DNA of 64,000 nt from Roseibacillus sp. GTDB lineage: Bacteria; Verrucomicrobiota; Verrucomicrobiia; Verrucomicrobiales; Akkermansiaceae. The stretch lies in the NCBI GenBank assembly GCA_051251855.1, contig JBPOGI010000007.1, forward strand, positions 198,863 to 262,862, read 5' to 3'. Positions within the stretch are counted from its first letter, which is position 1, and each line of letters starts with the position of its first letter. Below are positions 28,042 through 36,548 of this stretch, in pieces. The translations under genes were made by a program, and so were the position numbers. The notes under the pieces were generated by a model, which was not told where the DNA came from, made no database searches, and was given only the letters and a program-made list of their open reading frames with translations.

Positions 28042-28159
28042 AGGGAGCAAGAGCCACTCGGACGTGATGTTGGATATTGGATGTTGGATGTTAGGGATAA
28101 CTTTCGAACACACGACCCAACACCCAAAATCCAAAACCTAACACCGCCTTCCCCAAACC

Positions 28160-29038
28160 CTACTGCCGCCCTTTGAAGGTCAACTCCGCGATTCCACTCT
28201 TATCAAGGTCACCCAGCCCTTTCGCCACCATGGCATCATACTGAGCGCGTGTCGCCTCGTTCACCGGCAAAGACAACCCAGCCGCCGCCGCTAGATCAGC
28301 CGCAATGCCCGAATCCTTTGCTGCGTGTTCCGAGGAAAACCAACAATCATGATCCCGATCCACCATATCTTCGGCATCGGTCTCTAGAACCCTCGAGTTC
28401 GCCCCCGTCTGCGAGAACACCTCCCGCACCATTCCGAGGTCGAGTCCCAACGCATCAGCCAAGCCCAGCCCCTCAGCGAGGGCAGCGGTGTTAATATTCA
28501 TCACCATGTTCACGAGAGCTTTCACCTCGGCCGCCTTTCCGATCTCGCCGCAGTAGCGAAGGTTCACCGAAAGGTCCTCCAGCAGCTTCTTGTGAGTCTC
28601 AAAAACGGACTCCTCTCCCCCAATCATCAAGTAGAGACTTCCCTCCCGCGCCTGACTGATACTCGAAGCCATCGCTGCCTCCAGCACCTCAGCGCCAGCC
28701 GCTTTCCCGGCCTCAGAAACCTCCCGATGAATTCCAGGCGAAAGGGTGGCACAGTTCACGAAAGCCTTCCCCCTTGCTCCTTCTAACAACCCTTCCGCTC
28801 CCAAAAAGATGCCTCGCATCGCTTCGTCATTAGTGACCACCGTAAAGATCACATCGGCCAATGCGGTCACCTCACTAAGTCTCTCCACGACCTTGGCTCC
28901 CAACTCCTCCGCCAATTCTGAGGCAGCATCTCGGTTCAAATCGAAAACTGCAGTCACCTCGTAACCGCAATCCAACTTCAAATGCCGCGCCATATTCGCG
29001 CCCATTCGACCCACTCCTACAAATCCTACTTTCTTCAT
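28160..29038 (-). CDS. NAD(P)-dependent beta-hydroxyacid dehydrogenase (3-hydroxyisobutyrate / 6-phosphogluconate dehydrogenase-like)
   Basis: N-terminal Rossmann motif VGFVGVGRMGANMARHL, typical ~290 aa length, and a C-terminal all-helical domain pattern (KD..IA.). Confidence 0.8.
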   Translation of the reverse strand: MKKVGFVGVGRMGANMARHLKLDCGYEVTAVFDLNRDAASELAEELGAKVVERLSEVTALADVIFTVVTNDEAMRGIFLGAEGLLEGARGKAFVNCATLSPGIHREVSEAGKAAGAEVLEAAMASSISQAREGSLYLMIGGEESVFETHKKLLEDLSVNLRYCGEIGKAAEVKALVNMVMNINTAALAEGLGLADALGLDLGMVREVFSQTGANSRVLETDAEDMVDRDHDCWFSSEHAAKDSGIAADLAAAAGLSLPVNEATRAQYDAMVAKGLGDLDKSGIAELTFKGRQ

Positions 29039-29050
29039 CTTATTCTAACT

Positions 29051-29872
29051 CTACTTGAACTCTGGGAAAAAAGGATTGTGCTTCTTCTCCTCGATCACCG
29101 ACGTCATCGGTCCATGTCCCGGGCAGAGAATTGTCTCATCCGCGAGGGTGAAAATCTCCTTCCGATTCGTTTCGAGAGCGGCCTGATAGGAGATCACTCC
29201 TCCGCCCATCGACTGCGCAAAGACCGCATCACCCACAATAGCTACAGGGCGATCCAGCCCCTCAATCGCATAAGTGACCCCACCGGGCGAATGCCCCCAG
29301 GTCAGGCGAGTCGAAACCTTCAAACGACCAATGCGAAATTCTTGCCCTTCAGGAAACTGCTCCGCTTTCGGAGCCGGCTCTTTGTCTAAGGTGTGTGCGG
29401 TCACTCCACCCCACCGCCTGACCTTTGACATCGCAGCGATATGATCAGGATGAGTATGAGTTAAAAACAGCTGAGTCACATTGAGCCCGAGAGCCTGCAC
29501 CAGCGAATAGGCATCATCAACATTGGTGCCGGTGTCGAACATCGCCGCTTCCATCGAGTCTGGGTCCCAGACCAAAAAGGAATTCACCGTGTAATCCTCA
29601 AAGGGAGTCACGAACTGGCGCAAGCCCTCCATCTCGATCGACTCAGGCTGCCAACTCCCATTCGCCTGCTCCACGAGACTATTGCCATCGAGTCCCAACG
29701 GAACCGCCACTCGACGCAAGGGAGCTTCCAAAAACTCGCCTCCTGCTAACTTCGAAATCTCTTCAACGGCCACTTCAGATTGCGCAGAAAGAGCCTCCCG
29801 AGACATTCCCGTGCCTCTCATTGCCTTACCAAGCACATCCTCAAAATTATCTTCCAATGGTATTGTTGCCAT
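29051..29872 (-). CDS. MBL-fold metallo-hydrolase (glyoxalase II-like)
   Basis: The LTHTHPDHIAA (HxHxDH) motif and a downstream CPGHGP histidine are present. There is an N-terminal ~60-aa extra segment. Confidence 0.75.
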   Translation of the reverse strand: MATIPLEDNFEDVLGKAMRGTGMSREALSAQSEVAVEEISKLAGGEFLEAPLRRVAVPLGLDGNSLVEQANGSWQPESIEMEGLRQFVTPFEDYTVNSFLVWDPDSMEAAMFDTGTNVDDAYSLVQALGLNVTQLFLTHTHPDHIAAMSKVRRWGGVTAHTLDKEPAPKAEQFPEGQEFRIGRLKVSTRLTWGHSPGGVTYAIEGLDRPVAIVGDAVFAQSMGGGVISYQAALETNRKEIFTLADETILCPGHGPMTSVIEEKKHNPFFPEFK

Positions 29873-30000
29873 AAGCAGGGAAAGGCTAGCGCGCAGGTGA
29901 CATTTGTCTAGAAGGAGCTTATTTTGCGACCCTCTCGGTTAGATTCCTTTCATAAGCTTGGCGGGGCAATACCGACGCCAGCTCCACTCTTGCAAGGATA

Positions 30001-30372
30001 TCATTCCTGCGATGGTAAGGGAGTTCTTGGAGCGCGAGGCGCTTGAACCATCTTCTTAAAGAAGAAAGCATTGTTCTGCATAAACATGAGCTCCCAGCCT
30101 TCTTTGTGCTTACGATTAATAAAGTATTCGATCGCCAGCACTTCGAATTGGCCACTTTTCTCCAACCCATCTTTTCCACCGATTTGAGCCCACCTCTCAG
30201 GATCCACTTTCTGAAACCAAGCCAGCACTTTGCCTTTTGCCTCCTCTTCACCTAGTCTCTCCATCACATCCGGACCGGAGTATACCTGATAAGCCCTCTC
30301 ATCCTCAGCAGCGGAAGGCGTTATCATCGTGAGGAAAGGAAGAACGGCAGCTAGAAATGTCGGTATTCTCAT
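30001..30372 (-). CDS. Small secreted hypothetical protein
   Basis: The internal ATG 30372 gives signal peptide MRIPTFLAAVLPFLTMITPSAA. No family motif. Confidence 0.45.
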   Translation of the reverse strand: MRIPTFLAAVLPFLTMITPSAAEDERAYQVYSGPDVMERLGEEEAKGKVLAWFQKVDPERWAQIGGKDGLEKSGQFEVLAIEYFINRKHKEGWELMFMQNNAFFFKKMVQAPRAPRTPLPSQE

Positions 30373-30653
30373 ATCAGAATTCGTTAGCAAACAAGACATC
30401 CACTGAGAAGAAAAATGGGGCTATCTGTGATTCAGATAGCAAAAACGGAATCAGGTGCGTTCTGGTTTATCCTTGCAAATCTCCTCATCCCCCCTATCAG
30501 CCCCATGCGCCTCGTGCGCATTTTGACTCGTTTTGTTGAGTCAACCGCAGCCCTTCGTCTTCGATGATAGTTGGTTTTCGGATTTCACCCAACCCATCAT
30601 CGAACCTCGCCCACCTCTGCCATGCAGAGAGAAGACCGGGCCAAATCGATACT

Positions 30654-31964
30654 ATGTCTACCTTTAAAGAGCTGCCCTTGGCCGCGCCTATTCAACAAGC
30701 CCTCACCGAACGCGAGTACACCGTCCCCTCGCCCATTCAAGCCCAGTCCATCCCCATCCTTTTGGAAGGCCGCGACCTCTTGGGTTGCGCGCAAACAGGC
30801 ACTGGCAAAACTGCTGCATTCTCCCTACCCATCCTTCACTTGCTCCATAGCAAACCCAAGCCCCTTCGTCGTAAGGCGCCACGCGTATTAGTTCTCACCC
30901 CCACCCGCGAGTTGGCTACCCAAGTCGGCAAAAGCATGGAGACCTATGGTCAGCACCTCAACTTTAAGCACACCCTCATCTACGGCGGAGTGGGCCAAAA
31001 TCCGCAGGTCCGCGCCATGCGCGACGGCGTCGATATTCTCGTCGCTTGTCCAGGACGCCTGTTAGACCTCATCAACCAGAACTATATTGACCTTTCCCAC
31101 GTGGAATTTTTCGTCCTGGATGAAGTCGACCGCATGCTCGATATGGGCTTCCTACGCGATGTCCAAAAGATTATCGATGAACTCCCCCGCAAGCGACAGT
31201 CCCTCTTTTTCTCCGCGACCTTGGCACCGAACATCGTCAAACTCGCTCACAAGATTCTACACAATCCCGCCACCGTCAGCATTGAGGCCAAGACCGCTAC
31301 TGCCGAGACCGTAGACCATTCCGTCTGCTTCCTCTCCAGCGAAAACAAGCGCAAGCTGTTGCTCTCTCTCCTTGAGGAGCAGGGCGAAGGAGACCTCACC
31401 ATTGTTTTCTCCAAAACCAAGCATGGTGCCAACAAACTCGCCAAGATGATCGCCCAAACAGGTATCGATGCCGAAGCCATTCACGGTAACCGCTCCCAAG
31501 CACAACGGGATCGAACTTTGGACAAATTTCGTGCTGGCAAACTTCCCGTGCTCGTGGCGACCGACGTGGCCGCCCGAGGGGTCGACGTCAAGGCCGTCAC
31601 CCTCGTCATCAACTTCGACATCCCTCAGGAACCCGAAGCTTATGTCCATCGTATTGGAAGAACAGGACGTGCGGAAGCCACCGGGCGCGCCGTCACATTT
31701 TGCGCCGAGGACGACTGCGCTCTCCTCACCGACGTCGAGAAACTCATCAAACAACGCATCCCCGTCGACAAGGACCATGAGTGGCACTGGGATAGCCTCG
31801 CTGGCAAGCATGCCATCGGCAAAGGCGGCGGCACCCGCGCCAATGGAGGAGGCGGCGGCGGTGGAGGTGGTCGCGGCCGTGGTCGCCAAGGTGGTGGTGG
31901 TGGTGGTGGCGGCGGACGGCGTAACACCCGATCGACCTCTTCGAGCAACCGTCGTCGACGGTAG
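30654..31964 (+). CDS. rhlE: DEAD-box ATP-dependent RNA helicase with Gly/Arg-rich C-terminal tail
   Basis: Q-motif region, AQTGTGKTAAF, PTRELA, the DEAD-box variant VLDEVDRMLDMGF, SAT and HRIGRTGRA are all present. The tail reads GGGGGGGGGRGRGRQGGGGGGGGGRR. Confidence 0.9.
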   Translation: MSTFKELPLAAPIQQALTEREYTVPSPIQAQSIPILLEGRDLLGCAQTGTGKTAAFSLPILHLLHSKPKPLRRKAPRVLVLTPTRELATQVGKSMETYGQHLNFKHTLIYGGVGQNPQVRAMRDGVDILVACPGRLLDLINQNYIDLSHVEFFVLDEVDRMLDMGFLRDVQKIIDELPRKRQSLFFSATLAPNIVKLAHKILHNPATVSIEAKTATAETVDHSVCFLSSENKRKLLLSLLEEQGEGDLTIVFSKTKHGANKLAKMIAQTGIDAEAIHGNRSQAQRDRTLDKFRAGKLPVLVATDVAARGVDVKAVTLVINFDIPQEPEAYVHRIGRTGRAEATGRAVTFCAEDDCALLTDVEKLIKQRIPVDKDHEWHWDSLAGKHAIGKGGGTRANGGGGGGGGGRGRGRQGGGGGGGGGRRNTRSTSSSNRRRR

Positions 31965-32016
31965 AATACTCGGAAACGAGACACAAACCACCGAACGTCC
32001 CGCTACCTGAGTTCAA

Positions 32017-32955
32017 TCACTCAACCGTGGGCTCCTCTTCGGCATCAGCTTCTATAGTAGCTTCGGGGTCGAGCACCTCCAAGAAATCCTTGGTCCACTT
32101 TACCTCACTTTGGTGACCTGCAAACTGCTCCAAATGCTTGAGCATGGAAAGAGCCGCACCCTTCTGGTCTCCCATCTCGAAGATCTTTTTCTCCAGGTCC
32201 CAGAGCATTTGAGGCCGCTTTTCCACGAGGAATCGCTCGAAGGCTGCCGAGCGCTCTCCTTTGTCGGGAGCCTTTGATTTGGCCTCTTGCAAATTCGCCT
32301 CTTGCAGGATCCACTTGCCCCAAGCGGTGCGGAAGGAAGCGACATCCTTCTTTTTTGCGAGTGGTGGTAAAATATGCTTCTTGTAGACATCATCCAGCTT
32401 CACCGGAGAAACAGGCCACTTTTCGTCCGAGCTGATTCCGTAGGCCAGCGCAAAGACGGTCTTGGTGACATCTTCCTCCAAGGCCTTGAACTGTTTGGCC
32501 TCCAGAGCCTCATCACCAATAATGGCATCTAAGCACGAAATCGCTCGCGCAGAAAGCTCACCCTCACTGCCTGCTCCCATCGCATTGGCTTCAACAGTCA
32601 AAAGAAGCCAATTAAGCTGATGCCGGAGAACCCGCCGAAACCCCTCACCGTCCTCCTTCTCCTTGTGACGACGTTTCCATTCCCGAAAGTCCTGAGCACT
32701 CTTCTTCTCATCTTCGAAGCGCACTTTCTCGACGCATTTAAGATAGAGCTCATGAGCACGGTCATCACTGCCGATGGCAGCACGGAAGGCTGACAAAGCA
32801 CTCCCCGCCCTTTTTTCGGCGCGCCCCCCTGCTCCTTCTTGCACTTCCTTCAACTTCTCTAGCAGAGCCTGTCGATCCGCTTCCGATAAGAAATCGTCCT
32901 GCCCCAAAACACCACTCATCATTGCTGCAGATAAAAGAAGAACTCGTAATCTCAT
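32017..32955 (-). CDS. Secreted alpha-helical hypothetical protein
   Basis: ATG 32955 gives signal peptide MRLRVLLLSAAMMSGVLGQ. The protein is charged and helix-rich with no recognised motif. Confidence 0.5.
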   Translation of the reverse strand: MRLRVLLLSAAMMSGVLGQDDFLSEADRQALLEKLKEVQEGAGGRAEKRAGSALSAFRAAIGSDDRAHELYLKCVEKVRFEDEKKSAQDFREWKRRHKEKEDGEGFRRVLRHQLNWLLLTVEANAMGAGSEGELSARAISCLDAIIGDEALEAKQFKALEEDVTKTVFALAYGISSDEKWPVSPVKLDDVYKKHILPPLAKKKDVASFRTAWGKWILQEANLQEAKSKAPDKGERSAAFERFLVEKRPQMLWDLEKKIFEMGDQKGAALSMLKHLEQFAGHQSEVKWTKDFLEVLDPEATIEADAEEEPTVE

Positions 32956-33084
32956 AAGAGAGAGAACGTGCCAGCTCTTTGCTTTCTTTGCCAGAAAGGA
33001 AAAAATATCCGCTGCTCGAAAAATCAACGTCTACCACCACTCTTGAGGCTTGGCTCGAACCCGACATGTGGCAAAGCTGGCCCC

Positions 33085-34122
33085 ATGCCTCGCCTATCTA
33101 TTACCGAACTCAGCCAACAAGCTTCGGAAACACCCTTGAGCGCAACCTTTCACGCCCAATTAGCCAACCTTAGTGAAAAGGAGACCAAATCTGGCAAACC
33201 GTATTTGGAAGCAGGGATGGCGGATTCCACCGGGGCCTTCACCCTGAAGGCTTGGGCAGACCATCCTCTTTTTAAAGAACTTCAGACCCTCCCAATCGGC
33301 ACTGGTCTTGAAATCAGCGGTAAATTCACCCGCAACCAGTGGGGCATGGACGGATCCCCTTGGAAATTCAGTCTCTTGGACGAGTCCGCCAACCAAGAAC
33401 TCCTCGCCGGAGATCCCGCAACCTTGGAGCGACAGAACAAGGACTATGCAGATATCGACTCATTCGTGTCTTCCCTCAAAGACCCCCGTCTCGCCGCCCT
33501 CTCTCGCCGCTTTCTCAACGTCTTTGGAGAACGATTTCGCCGCACCGCAGCCGCTCGCCGCAACCACCATGCGCGTCGAGGTGGTCTAGTCGAACACGTG
33601 GCACAGATGATGCGGTCAGCCAATGCTATTGTGGGAGTTTACCCAGCACTCAATCGAGACCTCATACTCACAGGCGTTCTTTTCCACGATTGCGGAAAGC
33701 TCTGGGAAAACTCATACCCCGAAAGCGGCTTTACTCAACTTCACCAACTTTCCGGCGAGATGATGGGCCACATTCCTCTCGGGATTGAGCTCGCTAACAA
33801 GCTCTGGCGCGACCTGCTGCTCTCTCCTGAGGCCGAAGCTTGGACCGATCTTTCTCCCAGTTCCGAAACCGTGCGCATTCACCTCCTTCATCTCATCGCC
33901 TCCCACCACGGCACTCACGAATTCGGCTCCCCCACGCTGCCACGCACACCCGAGGCCTTCGCGTTGCACTATATCGACAACCTTGATGCAAAATACGAAA
34001 TGCTCAAAGACGCCTACGCGGAAGCCAATGAAGTAGTCCCAGGAATCCTCGAACGCCGCTTTCCCCTTCCCTCGAATCTGGTCGTTCCTCTGCCTTCTTT
34101 TAAAGGCCAAGACTCGACCTAA
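33085..34122 (+). CDS. OB-fold plus HD-domain protein (YhaM-like 3'-5' exoribonuclease family)
   Basis: The N-terminal OB-fold-like region (KPYLEAGMADSTGAFTLKAW) is followed by HD-domain motifs (HHARRGGLVEHV, LFHDCGKL, IASHHG). Start at ATG 33085. Confidence 0.7.
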   Translation: MPRLSITELSQQASETPLSATFHAQLANLSEKETKSGKPYLEAGMADSTGAFTLKAWADHPLFKELQTLPIGTGLEISGKFTRNQWGMDGSPWKFSLLDESANQELLAGDPATLERQNKDYADIDSFVSSLKDPRLAALSRRFLNVFGERFRRTAAARRNHHARRGGLVEHVAQMMRSANAIVGVYPALNRDLILTGVLFHDCGKLWENSYPESGFTQLHQLSGEMMGHIPLGIELANKLWRDLLLSPEAEAWTDLSPSSETVRIHLLHLIASHHGTHEFGSPTLPRTPEAFALHYIDNLDAKYEMLKDAYAEANEVVPGILERRFPLPSNLVVPLPSFKGQDST

Positions 34123-34296
34123 TACGGAAACCTCAGAATTTGAACTGCAATTTCTGCTCCTTTTTATAATGGAGCCACCCCAAAATTCGACACATTGTAA
34201 ATACAAAGGATATTTAATCAAGGTCTTGCAAACGGCTCGTAGATAGTTATAAGCTCCCGCAAATTCCTTTCTCTCACTCAAAAAGCCCCCTCTGAC

Positions 34297-34938
34297 GTGG
34301 TAAAACTCAAAATAGCTCCAGAATTCGCACCAGAAACTTCAGATTTATCTGAGCTTGATGACGCGACCCTCGTAGCTCAGTGCCAAGCTGAACTGCCCGA
34401 TAACCTTACCGCTTATCGGGAGCTCGTAAAACGGTATGAGGGACTGATATTCAATACGTGCCGACGAGTGATCGGCTCTCAGGAAGACGCCGAAGAAGTT
34501 ACTCAGGACACCCTTCTTCAGATCTTTCACAAGATACATCAGTTCCAAGGACGCTCATCTTTTAAGACATGGCTGTATAAAATTGTGCACAATTACTGCC
34601 GTAACCGCATCTCTAAACTTGCAAGGAAACGTGAGGGCCAAAATTCTTACGAAGAACATGCCGCAAATGATGAGGACGATCGCGAGGCTAACAACCGACG
34701 CGCTGCGCTCTCTCAAGCCGTCGAGGAAGCCCTCGGCAAACTAAAAAAATCAGAGCGTGAGGTCATTGTGCTGAAGTTTATGTCCGGACTCACTCTGCAG
34801 GAAACTGCAGATGTTTTAGGCGTGAAGCTCAGTGCGGCCAAAATGCGACTTTATCGGTCTCTCGAGTCCTTTAAAGAAGCCTACTCACGAATTGATAACG
34901 CCCCCCCCGTCCCCAACTTCCATACCACAGATGACTGA
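34297..34938 (+). CDS. ECF-type RNA polymerase sigma factor
   Basis: Region 2 (DAEEVTQDTLLQIFHKIHQFQGRSSFKTWLYKIVHNYCRNR) and region 4 (LTLQETADVLGVKLSAAKMRLYRS) are present. GTG start. Confidence 0.85.
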   Translation: MVKLKIAPEFAPETSDLSELDDATLVAQCQAELPDNLTAYRELVKRYEGLIFNTCRRVIGSQEDAEEVTQDTLLQIFHKIHQFQGRSSFKTWLYKIVHNYCRNRISKLARKREGQNSYEEHAANDEDDREANNRRAALSQAVEEALGKLKKSEREVIVLKFMSGLTLQETADVLGVKLSAAKMRLYRSLESFKEAYSRIDNAPPVPNFHTTDD

Positions 34939-35182
34939 AGAAACATTCAACCCCGACGACTCCGTCTTCAACGACCTCTTTGCTGAGGCCGGCTGGAATG
35001 ACGTTGCTAAGGCTCCCCCCAATGAGCGCAGAGTCGAAGAGATCACTCAACGTGCCATCTCCGAGACAATCGTCAAAGAGTCGAGCTCTTTCCTATTCCT
35101 AGGCTTCAGTTCTGCCCTTTCAGGGATTTTTGCAGCCTTCTTTGGCTGTATCAGCGACAACGACGAAGACTACAAACCTTGA
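34931..35182 (+). CDS. Putative cognate anti-sigma factor (small single-pass membrane protein)
   Basis: ATG 34931 overlaps the sigma stop codon (ATGACTGA). The product is 83 aa with a C-terminal TM helix (FLFLGFSSALSGIFAAFFGCI). There is no zf-HC2 motif, so the assignment rests on position only. Confidence 0.45.
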   Translation: MTEETFNPDDSVFNDLFAEAGWNDVAKAPPNERRVEEITQRAISETIVKESSSFLFLGFSSALSGIFAAFFGCISDNDEDYKP

Positions 35183-35221
35183 TTTTCGCTGGCGACTCTC
35201 TCATTGTCGCCACGGAATATC

Positions 35222-36169
35222 ATGATCTTCGCGCAAACTCCTCCGCCAACGAACCCTGCTGCCACTGAGTTGGTAGCGAAAACTGCCCAGACAATCCAAG
35301 GATCGGGTGAGCAAATCACCGACCCCCCCCCTGGATTTTCACTGAACTACATCTTTGAAAAACTCCGAGAAGCCTTTATTGAAATGGCTGACGGAGCGAT
35401 CAGCGCCCTGCCCAATCTTGTCATTGCAGGCGTTCTCTTATTCGTCGGTCTCATTGCCGCCAAGGTCATCCGCGCCGTCCTCACCAGCACCTTCAAGAAA
35501 ATCAATCTAGATAGTGCATTCGATAAGATGGGGCTCACCGAGATTTTCTCCAAAATCGGTCTCAAGGCCGGCCCCAGCTCAGCAATCCCCAAGCTTCTCT
35601 ACTGGCTCATCCTCCTCGCTTTCATTAAGGTAGCCGCCGACAAGGCCGGAATCGAAGACATCTCCACTCTCCTTGATCAAATCATGGCCTTCTTGCCCAA
35701 GGTGCTGACCGCCTCGATCATTCTTTTGGTAGGCTTCATTGTTGCCGACTTGATTCAGAATGCAGCCTTCCGCTCGCTCGATAATATTGGGCTCGAATAC
35801 GCAGGCAGCCTCTCTCGCATCCTTTTTGGCTTCATCTTCATTCTCGTTCTCACCGTTGCCTTTGCCCAATTAGGCATTGAGACCGAACTTCTCAACTCCT
35901 CTGTAAAGATCGTTCTAGCAGGTTTGGCCCTCGCACTTGCGATTGCGCTCGGCTTGGGATTGAAGACCCTTGCCGGTCACATCGTCGCAGGGGTCTATGC
36001 ACGCGACCTCTACAAAATTGGAACCGAGATTCACTACGACGACCTTCCGGCCAAGGTCTCTGGGGTAGGCCCCCTCACAACCAAGCTGACTCGGGACGAT
36101 GGCACATTCGTGATTATTCCTAACACCATTATGGTCAACGAAGTCATCCGCGGTCGCACCGAAAACTAA
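35222..36169 (+). CDS. MscS-family / conserved-TM-helix mechanosensitive channel-like membrane protein
   Basis: Repeated TM-helix units (LPNLVIAGVLLFVGLIAAKVI; LPKVLTASIILLVGFIVADLI) are followed by a C-terminal beta-domain motif (GTFVIIPNTIMVNEVIRG). ATG 35222 is preferred over TTG 35204. Confidence 0.65.
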   Translation: MIFAQTPPPTNPAATELVAKTAQTIQGSGEQITDPPPGFSLNYIFEKLREAFIEMADGAISALPNLVIAGVLLFVGLIAAKVIRAVLTSTFKKINLDSAFDKMGLTEIFSKIGLKAGPSSAIPKLLYWLILLAFIKVAADKAGIEDISTLLDQIMAFLPKVLTASIILLVGFIVADLIQNAAFRSLDNIGLEYAGSLSRILFGFIFILVLTVAFAQLGIETELLNSSVKIVLAGLALALAIALGLGLKTLAGHIVAGVYARDLYKIGTEIHYDDLPAKVSGVGPLTTKLTRDDGTFVIIPNTIMVNEVIRGRTEN

Positions 36170-36196
36170 CGTTTTCAGACAAAGAAAAAAACCGTG

Positions 36197-36222
36197 TGAC
36201 TTATTCGCAGATCTGCGCGTCT
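36197..36222 (+). promoter_or_regulatory. ECF-sigma-like promoter motif, copy 1 (TGACTT-N15-CGTCT)
   Basis: TGACTT at 36197-36202, a 15-nt spacer, and CGTCT at 36218-36222. The first RNA hairpin begins exactly 8 nt further on, at 36231. Confidence 0.45.
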
Positions 36223-36230
36223 GTATGAGT

Positions 36231-36304
36231 GTCCCAGCAATGGGACGTGCGTTGTTGTTCCCACGAGCGGGGGTTGGTTTCGACCAGCCCTCGCTCACTT
36301 TTTT
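36231..36304 (+). ncRNA. Putative small RNA, copy 1
   Basis: Hairpin GUCCCA-GCAA-UGGGAC (36231-36246). Invariant linker GUGCGUUGUUGUUCCCAC (36247-36264). A 14-bp terminator stem with a UUCG loop (36265-36296), then ACUUUUUU. Confidence 0.6.
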
Positions 36305-36343
36305 AAGACACGTGCTCTAGACGAAAGTTTCTTAGAAACGCTG

Positions 36344-36369
36344 TGACTTTTTACCAGGGCCGTGTGTCT
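36344..36369 (+). promoter_or_regulatory. ECF-sigma-like promoter motif, copy 2 (TGACTT-N15-TGTCT)
   Basis: TGACTT at 36344-36349, a 15-nt spacer, and TGTCT at 36365-36369. A hairpin begins 8 nt further on, at 36378. Confidence 0.45.
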
Positions 36370-36377
36370 ACATTCAC

Positions 36378-36474
36378 GTCCCAGAGATGGGGCATGTTAT
36401 ATCCCAGCAATGGGATGTGCGTTGTTGTTCCCACGAGCGGGGGTTGGTTTCGACCAGCCCTCGCTCACTTTTTT
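36378..36474 (+). ncRNA. Putative small RNA, copy 2 (extra 5' hairpin)
   Basis: An extra hairpin GUCCCA-GAGA-UGGGGC (36378-36393) comes first. Then AUCCCA-GCAA-UGGGAU (36401-16), the same 18-nt linker (36417-34), the same terminator (36435-66) and a U-run. Confidence 0.6.
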
Positions 36475-36514
36475 CAAGATGCTTCCTTTTTACGCCGGCT
36501 GTCTAAAAACGGTG

Positions 36515-36540
36515 TGACTTATCCCAAGGTCTTCGTGTCT
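36515..36540 (+). promoter_or_regulatory. ECF-sigma-like promoter motif, copy 3 (TGACTT-N15-TGTCT)
   Basis: TGACTT at 36515-36520, a 15-nt spacer, and TGTCT at 36536-36540. A hairpin begins 8 nt further on, at 36549. Confidence 0.45.
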
Positions 36541-36548
36541 CTAGTTAT

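Noticed and set aside
29919-30251. 110-aa minus-strand ORF overlapping the small secreted protein ORF in another frame
   Set aside because: The product is basic and low-complexity and is fully nested in or overlapping 30001-30372. The latter has a clean signal peptide.
31257-31991. 244-aa minus-strand ORF (and 31640-31984, 31747-32016) antisense to the DEAD-box helicase
   Set aside because: These are shadows of the helicase gene and its GGN repeat (poly-Pro/Thr/Ala products). The helicase motifs make the + frame unambiguous.
34123-34296. Search for the TGACTT-N15-YGTCT motif upstream of the adjacent ECF sigma gene (autoregulation signature)
   Set aside because: I found only a partial -35-like TGAACT with no GTCT element at the right spacing. 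No self-promoter link can be claimed from this window, so which sigma (if any) drives the sRNA units remains open.
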